The notes under the pieces were generated by a model. It had not been told where the DNA came from. It worked only from the letters and a program-made list of their open reading frames with translations, and did no database searches. A stretch of 64,000 nt of DNA from an uncultured Thermoplasmata archaeon (GTDB lineage Archaea; Thermoplasmatota; Thermoplasmata; Lutacidiplasmatales; UBA184): the NCBI GenBank assembly GCA_963797975.1, contig CAWCRH010000002.1:112524-176523 (forward strand), in the 5' to 3' direction. Of the stretch, positions 55,805 through 64,000 are shown in pieces. Position 1 is the first letter of the stretch; every line of letters begins with the position of its first letter. The translations under genes and the position numbers were made by a program.

Positions 55805-56782
55805 CTATCCCTGGGCTGCGACGCTGCGGACCGCTCGGGCGATACGAGCCGCGTTGGGAAGGTAGATCTGCTCGAGCGCGTAGGGGAACGGCGTGTCGTA
55901 GCCGGTCACGCGCTGGATCGGGGCCTTCAACGAGAAGAAGGCCTTCTCGGCCAGAATGGCGCTGAGCTCGGCCCCGAACCCGCAGAACCGCGCCGCCTCG
56001 TGAACCACTACGGCGCGCCCGGTCTTTTCGACGCTCGCGAGGACTCGCGCCTCGTCCAGCGGGACCAGGCACCTGAGGTCGACGACCTCGACCGATATTC
56101 CTTCGGGGGCGACCATCTCCGCAGCCTCCAGGCTCGGGCCGACCATCGCACCGTAGCAGAAGAGCGAGACGTTCTCGCCTTCCCGCGCGATCCGCGCCTC
56201 CCCGAAAGGGACCCGGTGGTCCCCGTCGGGCACTTCCCCCGAGACCGAGCGGTAGATCCGCTTGGGCTCGAGGAACATGACGGGGTCCTCGTCGTGGATC
56301 GCGGTGAGAAGGAGCCCCTTCGCATCGGCCGGTGTCGACGGGACCACCACCTTCAATCCGGCGGTGTGGCAGAAGTAAGCCTCCGTGCTCTGGGAGTGGT
56401 AGAGACCGCCTTTGATCCCCCCACCGAACGGGGCTCGGACCACGACGTGGCAGGGGTACTGGCCGCCCGACCGGAACCGGAACTTCGCAAGCTCGCTGAC
56501 GATCTGGTCGAACCCGGGATAGATGAAGTCGAGGAATTGGATCTCCGCGATCGGCTTGAGACCGTAGAGTGCCATCCCGATCGCCGAGCCGATGATGCCG
56601 GTCTCGGAAAGAGGCGTATCGATGACCCGGTCGGCACCGAACTCTTTGATGAGACCGTCGGTGGCGCGGAACACGCCGCCGTCGACCCCGACGTCCTCTC
56701 CGAGAACGAGGACGTCTGGATCTTCCCTCATGGCAAAGGCCAGAGCCCGATTGATCGCTTGCACGAGGGTCAGCTCGGTCAT
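55805..56782 (-). CDS. 2-oxoacid dehydrogenase E1 beta subunit
   Basis: LGEDVGVDGGVFRATDGL..DTPLSETGIIG. 325 aa. Confidence 0.92.
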   Translation of the reverse strand: MTELTLVQAINRALAFAMREDPDVLVLGEDVGVDGGVFRATDGLIKEFGADRVIDTPLSETGIIGSAIGMALYGLKPIAEIQFLDFIYPGFDQIVSELAKFRFRSGGQYPCHVVVRAPFGGGIKGGLYHSQSTEAYFCHTAGLKVVVPSTPADAKGLLLTAIHDEDPVMFLEPKRIYRSVSGEVPDGDHRVPFGEARIAREGENVSLFCYGAMVGPSLEAAEMVAPEGISVEVVDLRCLVPLDEARVLASVEKTGRAVVVHEAARFCGFGAELSAILAEKAFFSLKAPIQRVTGYDTPFPYALEQIYLPNAARIARAVRSVAAQG

Positions 56783-57855
56783 GGGCGGATCACCCCCTCG
56801 GAGAGGAGGCGTTCGAATTCCGCCAATTCCTCCTCGAGCTGGGGGGTCCTCACCTTGAAGGTGTCATCGAACAGGGTCCGCGGGTCGATGGGGGGTGTCG
56901 CTTCCGCCCCTTCGACCGCCTTCGCGATCAATCCACGGGCGTCGGCCGTGATCCTCGCATCGTCGCTTTCCGACAGCGCGGAGGACGCCCGAAGCTCCTG
57001 TTGGAGGCGGAGGATGGGATCCCTCCCCTTCCACTCGGCCAGTTCGGCGTCGCCGCGGTACTTGGTCGGGTCGTCGGAGGTCGAGTGTGGCCCGTACCGG
57101 TAGACCTGCGCCTCGATGAGGGTCGGCCCGTCGCCGGCGAGCGCGCGCTCCCGGGCCCCTCTGACCGCGCGGTACACTTCGTGGAGGTCGGTCCCGTCGA
57201 CCACGACACCGGAGAAACCGTACGCCTCGGCCTTCTGAGCGAGGGTCGCGCTCTTGGTCTGGCGCGCGCGAGGGAGGGAGATCGCCCACTGGTTGTTCTG
57301 GCAGAAGAAGATCGTGGGAGCGTGGAAGACGCCGGCAAAGTTCAGGCCCGCGTGGAAATCGTTCGAACTGGTTGCCCCATCGCCAAAAAAGGTCGCCGTG
57401 ACCGCGGGCGTCTTCTTCCGCTGCATGGCCATGGCAGCACCTACCGCCTGGGAGATCTGGGTCCCAATCGGGCTGGACGCGACCACGAAGTTGCTCTCCC
57501 GTAGGCCATAGTGGTTGGGCATCTGGCGGCCCTTCATCGGGTCTGCCGAATTCCCCATAAACTGGTTCATCAGCGTAGCCACGGTGATCCCTCGCCAGAG
57601 CGCGACCCCGAGCTCCCGGTAGGCGGGGAAGACCCAGTCGGTCGGGGCAAGCGCCGCGGCACAGCCTACCTGGGCCGCTTCCTGGCCCGAAGCGGGAACG
57701 TAGAAGCCGATGCGACCTTGGCGTTGGAGGGAGATACATCGATCATCGATGGCGCGCGAAAGGACCATCGTGCGATAGGCCTCTATGAGCGAATGCGGGT
57801 CGAGAGCGTTACGGCTCTCCGCCTTGGGGGCTGACGATGGTGAAAGCGGAGGCAT
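56779..57855 (-). CDS. 2-oxoacid dehydrogenase E1 alpha subunit
   Basis: TPP motif GDGATSSNDFHAGLNFAG..CQNNQWAIS. First gene of the operon. Confidence 0.9.
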   Translation of the reverse strand: MPPLSPSSAPKAESRNALDPHSLIEAYRTMVLSRAIDDRCISLQRQGRIGFYVPASGQEAAQVGCAAALAPTDWVFPAYRELGVALWRGITVATLMNQFMGNSADPMKGRQMPNHYGLRESNFVVASSPIGTQISQAVGAAMAMQRKKTPAVTATFFGDGATSSNDFHAGLNFAGVFHAPTIFFCQNNQWAISLPRARQTKSATLAQKAEAYGFSGVVVDGTDLHEVYRAVRGARERALAGDGPTLIEAQVYRYGPHSTSDDPTKYRGDAELAEWKGRDPILRLQQELRASSALSESDDARITADARGLIAKAVEGAEATPPIDPRTLFDDTFKVRTPQLEEELAEFERLLSEGVIRP

Positions 57856-57888
57856 GAACCCTCGAGTGCGGGGCGAGCGGCGTGGCTC

Positions 57889-57894
57889 TTATAA
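57889..57894 (-). promoter_or_regulatory. TATA box (TTATAA) upstream of the 2-oxoacid dehydrogenase operon
   Basis: Isolated TTATAA 34-39 nt upstream of ATG 57855, implying a short leader of about 10 nt. Confidence 0.45.
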
Positions 57895-57965
57895 CTTTGG
57901 CACGACCGCATGCGCGAACGATGGAGAAGAGCGGCGTCGGTCGTGCCTCTCTGCGAACGGGCCCC

Positions 57966-57977
57966 TTAGCTATTTCT
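57966..57977 (+). promoter_or_regulatory. TATA-like box (TTAGCTATTTCT)
   Basis: AT-rich element about 29 nt upstream of ATG 58001. Confidence 0.35.
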
Positions 57978-58000
57978 GGGGAACGTGACCTCGTTCTCCC

Positions 58001-59047
58001 ATGAGGCGCGCGGTTCGAGTCCATTTGACGGACCCAGAGACGCGTCAGCTTCGGAGTTGGTCCCAAGCGTCGGAACGGCCCGCGTCGCGGGCCCGACGGG
58101 CCAAGATCGTGCTGATGGCCGCCGAAGGCTGGACCAACCAGGCCATTGCTTCCGCCCTGGCGATCCACCCGGAAACCGTCGCCCTGTGGCGCCGTCGGTT
58201 CGTTTCGAACCGGCTGGAGGGCATCCGCATGGACGCACCGCGATCGGGACATGGGCGACGTTCGGCCCGGCTCAAGGCCCGCATCGTGAGCGCCGCGGGG
58301 CGGAATGCGGGAGAGCACGGGCGAGGCTGGACCACACGGACGCTGGCGAAGCGCTTCCGAGTGAGCCACATGACGGTGTACCGGGCCTGGCGTGCGCATT
58401 CCATGCAACAGGCCAAAGCTTCCGACCGGGTCCAGGACCTCGCGACCACCGCCGGGCCGGACCCGGTCGAGATGGAGGGCGTCTTTCTTCACCCGCCGCG
58501 CCGAGCGGCTGTTTTCCAAGTCGATGGACAGCGGCGCCTACCCTCAGGCGGAGTTGCGACCTCGGCCCCGATCGGGCGGGAGACCGACGGCCGCGGGGAT
58601 CCCGGTCGCGGTCTGAGCGCGTTGTTCGACCGGTGGAAGAAGTCTGCGACCGATCGAGCCGGGTCAGTCCGCTCGGTCGCGGAGCTGCTCGTGTTCCTTC
58701 GCATGGTCGAACGACGCGCCCCCGCCTCGAGCACGTTCATGGTGCTCTATGAGGGATTCTCGCGCACGGCCGAGCAACGCGTTGAGCGTTGGGCCCGCTC
58801 CCACCCTCGCTTCTACCCCGTCCGAGTTCCTGCGGGAACGACCTGGCTCAAGGCCGTAGAACGATGCGTCGGCACCTGGGGTTCGGGTCCCCTCGCCTCC
58901 CCTTGGGACCGAATCTTCCGACCCCTGACGGAGTCTCTCGCGAGCTACCTGCAAGCCGACCCTGCGGCCCTGCCCCCCTTCGTCTGGACAGCCCCCTCCC
59001 TCGGCGAGGGGCCCTCGGGTCCAGCGGGACCAGCGCCGGCGACCTAA
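58001..59047 (+). CDS. IS630/Tc1-mariner-like transposase homolog, apparently degenerate or domesticated
   Basis: Paired N-terminal HTH regions (RAKIVLMAAEGWTNQAIASAL; RTLAKRFRVSHMTVYRAW). The C-terminal part resembles the IS630 catalytic domain, but the DDE positions read VFQVDG / MVLYEG / LKAVE. Confidence 0.6.
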   Translation: MRRAVRVHLTDPETRQLRSWSQASERPASRARRAKIVLMAAEGWTNQAIASALAIHPETVALWRRRFVSNRLEGIRMDAPRSGHGRRSARLKARIVSAAGRNAGEHGRGWTTRTLAKRFRVSHMTVYRAWRAHSMQQAKASDRVQDLATTAGPDPVEMEGVFLHPPRRAAVFQVDGQRRLPSGGVATSAPIGRETDGRGDPGRGLSALFDRWKKSATDRAGSVRSVAELLVFLRMVERRAPASSTFMVLYEGFSRTAEQRVERWARSHPRFYPVRVPAGTTWLKAVERCVGTWGSGPLASPWDRIFRPLTESLASYLQADPAALPPFVWTAPSLGEGPSGPAGPAPAT

Positions 59048-59787
59048 CGCCACGAGATCAGGATCGAGGGTCGGTCGAACTTTCGGACCGCAAGACTTCC
59101 GAGGATCCAGATCCCGATCCCCAGGGCCGCGGTGAAGCCGCCCACCACCGCGATCGTCGACGGGAGGAAGACGAACGCGACCAGCACCGCCACCAGCACC
59201 GGCAAGACGACGAACGTGCTCATCTGTTGGGCGGCCCGCGAGTCCTTGGCCCAGCTGGACACCACCAAGATCGCGAACGTGCCCAGAAGGCCGAGCGCGG
59301 GAGCCAGGACGAGCATCTGGTAGATGGCCAGCGCGGTCGGCGCGATCGGTCCGCCCACGATCGGCCAGGCGATCGCGTCGATCGCGGCGAACTCCACGAG
59401 GTAGCAGACCCACACCGCCACCACGCCAGGTATGAGGGGAGTGAGCGCCTTCCCCACCAACAGCTCGGTATCGGTGATCGGGGTGGCCAGAAGAGGCTCG
59501 AGGCTGCGGTTTGTCTTCTCTTGGACAATGGACGTGGCTCCAATCGTTACCGCGGTTAGGAGCGGGATCAGGAGCAGAATGTCGAACCCGAATCCCGCGT
59601 AACTAGGGATAGTGCCCGAGGCGCCGGGGGACCCGGGAGAGAGAGCGCCCGCCCGAAAGGCGACCGTGAGAACCGATTCTCCCGTCAGGATCACCGGAAG
59701 AATGAACAGCGTCGCAAAGACTGATCGGTTGGACCGCAGCTCCAGGAAGTCCTTGCGGAAGATCTCCCGCACACGTTCCCACCTCAC
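59044..59787 (-). CDS. ABC-2-type transporter permease
   Basis: IFRKDFLELRSNRSVFATLFILPV start region and 6 hydrophobic segments. GTG 59787 overlaps the ATPase stop as GTGA. Confidence 0.75.
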   Translation of the reverse strand: MRWERVREIFRKDFLELRSNRSVFATLFILPVILTGESVLTVAFRAGALSPGSPGASGTIPSYAGFGFDILLLIPLLTAVTIGATSIVQEKTNRSLEPLLATPITDTELLVGKALTPLIPGVVAVWVCYLVEFAAIDAIAWPIVGGPIAPTALAIYQMLVLAPALGLLGTFAILVVSSWAKDSRAAQQMSTFVVLPVLVAVLVAFVFLPSTIAVVGGFTAALGIGIWILGSLAVRKFDRPSILISWR

Positions 59788-60743
59788 GGCAGTGCTCCTC
59801 CCGGGCCGACCGGTGACTCCTCGAGCAGTTTGAGGTAGGCGTCTTCGAGGGAGTGCTCGAGCGGCATGGTGTACTGGACCCTCAGCCCCGCTCGGACGAG
59901 CGACTCCACGACCGTCGGAAGGTCTCGGTCCGGCTCCTGGAGCTGGAGCAGGAGATGGGGCTGAGACCACTCGGCGTGGACGACGCTGGGGAGGTCACGC
60001 ACCGCCCGGATCACATCCGACCCAGCGTCCTTCAATTGGATCGATACCCGCCGATGGAAGAGCCGCTCCTTGAGCGCTCGAGGGGAGTCGAGGGCGATCA
60101 ATCGGGAGCGGATCACAGCCACCCGGTCGCTGAGCCGGTCCGCATCGTCCAGGTTGTGGGTCGATAGGACGACCGTGCGTCCTCGGCGCCTTTCCTCGAC
60201 CAAGAAGTCCCGGACGGCCTTGGCCGCCTCGGGATCGAGCCCGGAGATCGGCTCGTCCAGGATCAGGCAGGGCGGCTCGTGAAGCATCGCGCGGACGATG
60301 GCGACCTTCTGCTTCATCCCCTTGGAGTAGGTCGCGATCTTCTCCTCGCGTCGCTCCCAGAGGTCGAAGGTCGTGAGCAGAGCTTGGGCTCGCTCATGGA
60401 TCGTCGCGTCCGAAAGCCCGTGCAGACGTCCGTAGAACAGTAGGTTGCGATAGGCAGACAAGCTCTCGTAGAGACCGGGGGTCTCGGGCAGAACGCCAAT
60501 CGCGTCGTGGAGCTCCTGGATGCGGCCCGCGTCGGTGGTCGGGACGCCGTTGACGCGGACCTCGCCCGCCGTCGGATAGATGAGCGCGGACAGGAGCCGA
60601 ATCGTGGTCGTCTTGCCGGCGCCATTCGGTCCGAGCAGTGCGAAGATCTCTCCCCGAGCGATGGAGAAAGAGAGTGTGTCCACCGCCGGCGGTTGGCCGT
60701 CGTAGGAGCGCGTGAGGCCCTGTGCGACGATCACGTCCGTCAT
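59784..60743 (-). CDS. ABC transporter ATP-binding protein
   Basis: Walker A GPNGAGKTT, signature YSKGMKQK, Walker B LILDEP. Confidence 0.9.
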   Translation of the reverse strand: MTDVIVAQGLTRSYDGQPPAVDTLSFSIARGEIFALLGPNGAGKTTTIRLLSALIYPTAGEVRVNGVPTTDAGRIQELHDAIGVLPETPGLYESLSAYRNLLFYGRLHGLSDATIHERAQALLTTFDLWERREEKIATYSKGMKQKVAIVRAMLHEPPCLILDEPISGLDPEAAKAVRDFLVEERRRGRTVVLSTHNLDDADRLSDRVAVIRSRLIALDSPRALKERLFHRRVSIQLKDAGSDVIRAVRDLPSVVHAEWSQPHLLLQLQEPDRDLPTVVESLVRAGLRVQYTMPLEHSLEDAYLKLLEESPVGPGGALP

Positions 60744-60851
60744 CGATGCAGACTCGCCCGTTGGCGGGCTGGGGGAGCCGACCGCTCAATTAAGCGCTCA
60801 GGGGGCTCGAGCCCCAGCCGGCGATATATTGGTCCGTCCCATCCGCGCGAC

Positions 60852-61295
60852 ATGGTGCGCAAAGCAGCGGACCTCATGGATCCCTCGGTACTGGTCATCG
60901 ACGTCGGGACCGACGTGTTGACCTGCGCGAAGCAGATGAGCGATCACGGCCAGGGCTACGCGATCCTAGCCGGAGGGGAGCAGCCCATCAGTGGCATCGT
61001 GACCGAGTGGGACATCGTGAACAAGGTGGTCGCGGCCGGGGTCGACCCCTCGACCGTCGCGGTCTCCGCAATCGCCTCGAAGCCGGTGGTAACCTGCTCG
61101 GCGGACCTATCGACCGACCGGGTCGTCGAGCTCATGGTAACCAAGGGGGTCCGCCGGCTGGTGGTGACCAGGGGCGACCACGTGGTCGGCGTCATCACGA
61201 GCCGGACCCTGCTGCTATCCTTCCGCAAGTACGTTGACGAGATCTCCTCGGACATCGCCAAGCACAATTCGATCGGAACTTCCACCGGGGCGTGA
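60852..61295 (+). CDS. CBS-pair domain protein
   Basis: Two CBS repeats (AADLMDPSVLVID..GIVTEWDIV; KPVVTCSADL..VGVITSRTLL). ATG 60852 chosen. Confidence 0.8.
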   Translation: MVRKAADLMDPSVLVIDVGTDVLTCAKQMSDHGQGYAILAGGEQPISGIVTEWDIVNKVVAAGVDPSTVAVSAIASKPVVTCSADLSTDRVVELMVTKGVRRLVVTRGDHVVGVITSRTLLLSFRKYVDEISSDIAKHNSIGTSTGA

Positions 61296-61392
61296 GGGCC
61301 ACCCCCGGGACCGCCCTTGTGATCCCCACCCCCCCCGCGGCGGGCCGACCTAGTCTCGACGCGGCCCGACCCTGAGACCGTTGGGCCTGTTG

Positions 61393-62841
61393 ATGCAGTA
61401 CAAGTGGCTCGTCCTCTCGAACACGACGGTCGCCACGCTCATGGCGGCCCTCGATACCAACATCGTGCTCATCGCGCTCCCGACGATCGGTCGAGAGCTC
61501 CCCGGGTCCACCCCCACGAGCCTGCTATGGATCCTCTTGGGCTATGCTCTGGTAACCTCCGTCGTCCTGATCAACTTCGGTCGGCTCAGCGACATGTTCG
61601 GTCGCGTCCGGCTCTACGTGATCGGCTTCGCCATCTTCACCGTGGGCTCGCTCCTCTGCGGGTTCTCCCAGACGGGGACCGAGCTGGTCATCTTCCGGAT
61701 GGTCCAGGCGATCGGGGCCGGGTTCCTGTTCTCCAACTCCGCCGCCATCATCACCGACGCCTTTCCTCCGAACGAACGCGGACGGGCACTCGGCATCAAT
61801 CAGGTGTCCATCGTCGTGGGAGCGGTGGTCGGTCTGGTGCTCGGCGGGGTGATCACATCGACGATCGGCTGGCAGTGGATCTTCTTCGTTAATGTGCCGA
61901 TCGGAGCGGTCGCGACCTATCGGGCCCACCGTGACCTCCACGAGCTTGCGAAGGCGCAGCGGGATCAACCGATCGACTGGGTGGGGAACATCGCATTCGC
62001 CGGGGGCCTCGGGCTCGTCTTGTTGGCGATGACGTTCGGCTCGTTGGGTCAGTGGAACGCGCAGGCCACGGTCGCCGGTCTCGTCATCGGTGTTGCGTTG
62101 ATCCTCACGTTCATTCTCATCGAGAGAAGAACGAAATTTCCGATGCTTGACCTCTCGCTCTTCCGTACTGTCGAGTTCACGGACGCCGCCGTGGCGATGT
62201 TCTTTAACGCGTTAGCACGAGGGGTCTTCTTGTTTGTGATGGTCTTCTATCTTCAAGGCCCCCCGGTCTATCTGAGCCCACTCGCCGCCGGCCTTTTTCT
62301 AATCCCGGTCTCCGCTTCCCTCGCCGTCGCCGGCCCATTGAGCGGATTCTACTCGGACAAGTACGGTCGACGGGGATTCACGATCGCCGGTCTCGCTGTT
62401 TCCCTCGGTGGTTTCCTCTGGCTGGCCACGATCCCGTCCGGCGCCTCGTTCGGTGAATTACTCGGACCGTTCATCCTGGTGGGTGCCGGCATGGGGCTGT
62501 TCGCCTCCCCCAACCGCGCCGCGATGATGAGCGCCGTCACCCCGGACCGTCGTGGCGTCGCATCGGGGATCGGCGTCACCCTCGTGAACACCGGGGCAAC
62601 CATCAGCCTCGGCCTGACGCTCGCCATCATGTCGCAGGTCATACCGCTCTCCTCCCTCGAGGCGATTCTTACCGGCCAATCGGGGGGCGGGGGCGCGGCG
62701 GTGGCCGGGGACTTTCTGACCGCCGTCCACGTCGTCTTCCTCTTCTCGACTGCCATGGTCGCGATCGCTCTGGCGCTGGTGCTTCGTCGGTGGCGATCTG
62801 AGCATGCGGGCCGGCCACTCGACGTGGTCGAGACCCCCTAG
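61393..62841 (+). CDS. MFS transporter, DHA2 (EmrB/QacA-like)
   Basis: MQYKWLVLSNTTVATLMAALDTNIV and FGRLSDMFGRVR. Paralog of the gene at 12455..13927. Confidence 0.85.
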   Translation: MQYKWLVLSNTTVATLMAALDTNIVLIALPTIGRELPGSTPTSLLWILLGYALVTSVVLINFGRLSDMFGRVRLYVIGFAIFTVGSLLCGFSQTGTELVIFRMVQAIGAGFLFSNSAAIITDAFPPNERGRALGINQVSIVVGAVVGLVLGGVITSTIGWQWIFFVNVPIGAVATYRAHRDLHELAKAQRDQPIDWVGNIAFAGGLGLVLLAMTFGSLGQWNAQATVAGLVIGVALILTFILIERRTKFPMLDLSLFRTVEFTDAAVAMFFNALARGVFLFVMVFYLQGPPVYLSPLAAGLFLIPVSASLAVAGPLSGFYSDKYGRRGFTIAGLAVSLGGFLWLATIPSGASFGELLGPFILVGAGMGLFASPNRAAMMSAVTPDRRGVASGIGVTLVNTGATISLGLTLAIMSQVIPLSSLEAILTGQSGGGGAAVAGDFLTAVHVVFLFSTAMVAIALALVLRRWRSEHAGRPLDVVETP

Positions 62842-63063
62842 CGGGTCGCATCGTCCTTTGGACCGGTCTGTGCGCTGTCGCGCCGCGGTCGAGCACGGGG
62901 CTCTGGACAGGATCTCGGCGGGCCATGATTCGAGCCTCCATCCCACAACTATAGCTGTTCGTCCGCTCGCCTCCGCCGGCCCCTCTCCCCAGGCCGGCGA
63001 ACCAGTGATGGGCCTCTCGGGATGGGCGAGACCTTCTGTCCGCCGGCTTTCCGGGCGGGTCCG

Positions 63064-64000
63064 CTAGCCCTGCAGGCGAAGCCATCGGTCGATCCCGTCA
63101 CAGAACAGTCCGATTGCGAGGCCGAGCCCTACGATCGCGAGCAGGGGGAACAGGAGCATCCACCAGTAGATCGGCCCGATCGCGATCGTGAAGCCCCAGC
63201 ATGCCCCGAGGCCGAGCAGGTTGCCCCATTCCGGAAAGTTGACCGCGGGCAACGGTGAAATCGGCGGAAGGACCGGGACGGGATACGCGGAGGTAATGCT
63301 GGACGGTGGGAACGGTCCGGCGCAGTTGAAGAACCACGTGAACACCGACAGCACGAGGAAGATGGCCCCGACATCGAGGGGGAGTTGGGCCAGGACGGGG
63401 CTCAACGAATAGGGAAGGATATGACGGACGAGCACCCGGAAGTCGCTCGCGCCAGACGCCCGCGCCGCGTCGACGTACGGCTCATGGGAGATCGTCCGAA
63501 CCCTCTCGCGCACGGTCCTTGCGATGGTCGGCCATAGCACGATGCCAAAGAGGACGACGAACAGTTCGAGGTTCGCGTAGTGCGGCGCCACCTCCGCGAT
63601 GCCTGCAAACAGAACGATCACGAGAAAGACGGCGGGGATCGCTCCCATGGAATCCGAAAGGAAGGTCACAGCCGCGTCGACCCACCCCCCGGCCGCATGC
63701 CGGCAATGGCGCCGAGGAGAAGGCCAATCGCCGCATCCAGCGCCAAGATGCTGAACACGATGGCGAGGTCCCAGGGGGTCGCCTTCCAAACCGCCGTGAA
63801 CAGGCCCGTCCCCAGCCCGGTGAGGACACCGAACGGGTGACCCCACGATGGTCCAGGGGGGTTGAACGGAGGGACCCAGGCCGGGTTCGATGCGAGGGTG
63901 CCCAGCGAGCCTCGGAAGACGACGATCGCGCTGACTCCCACCGCCAGGTAGAACAGGAGAAGGCCGGCACCCACCCACACCTCGAGCCCAACGGGGCGAG
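63064..64000 (-). pseudogene. Opp/Dpp-type ABC peptide/nickel transporter permease (OppC-like), 5' end outside the window, frame broken at the C6 run 63685-63690
   Basis: The N-terminal part (GHPFGVLTGLGTGLFTAVW..LLGAIAGM) is in ORF 63666..63980. The continuation (GGWVDAAVTFLSDSMGAIPAVFL..HILPY) is in ORF 63064..63978. One extra G in the run would restore GAIAGMRPGGWVDAAV. Confidence 0.75.

Noticed and set aside
1-64000. Search by eye for CRISPR arrays, tandem repeats, rRNA/tRNA genes, integrase/att sites and toxin-antitoxin pairs.
   Set aside because: I found no regularly spaced direct repeats, no rRNA-like or cloverleaf-forming segments, and no integrase or recombinase. The only mobile-element-related sequence is the degenerate IS630-like gene. 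An eye scan can miss short or degenerate repeats, so tRNAscan, Rfam and a repeat finder should confirm this.

Overview
High-GC archaeal chromosomal window. Archaeal hallmarks are TFB, aIF5B, a Dpo4/DinB-type Y-family polymerase, TruD, an aCPSF2-type beta-CASP RNase, a Nog1-type GTPase and KaiC/RadA-like ATPases. A tricorn-factor-F1-like proline iminopeptidase hints at a Thermoplasmata-like lineage, which cannot be proven from sequence alone. About 60 densely packed protein genes are present, mostly housekeeping and central metabolism. They include TrpB2, an agmatine deiminase / N-carbamoylputrescine amidase pair, glycine-cleavage P protein (gcvPA/gcvPB), and a predicted PPi-type phosphofructokinase. 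Also present are an atypical pyruvate-kinase-family protein, MtnA, an IMPase-family / NAD kinase pair, several peptidases, four MFS transporters, an ABC-2 exporter and the 3' part of an Opp/Dpp-type permease. A long 2-oxoacid dehydrogenase operon runs E1alpha-E1beta-E2-second E1alpha-E3-LipB-SDR. I recognised no rRNA, tRNA, CRISPR array or intact mobile element; one degenerate IS630-like gene is present. The most interesting signals are as follows. (1) A minus-strand cluster at 13924-18577 encodes uncharacterised, mutually paralogous polytopic membrane proteins, and its last member is fused to a NapH/CcoG-like membrane polyferredoxin module. (2) At least seven genes are interrupted by single-nucleotide frameshifts, three of them at homopolymer runs: the membrane protein, nadK, the Nog1-like GTPase, gcvPB, the SDR, lipB and the Opp permease. 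This means either assembly indels or real gene decay. (3) The 2-oxoacid dehydrogenase operon carries two divergent E1alpha genes but only one E1beta. (4) Isolated AT-rich boxes recur 24-30 nt upstream of start codons, implying leaderless transcripts. (5) Several small ORFs fall below the 60-aa cut-off of the supplied track. Product calls come from motif recognition by eye, with no database search run. Coordinates derived by hand counting may be off by 1 nt.
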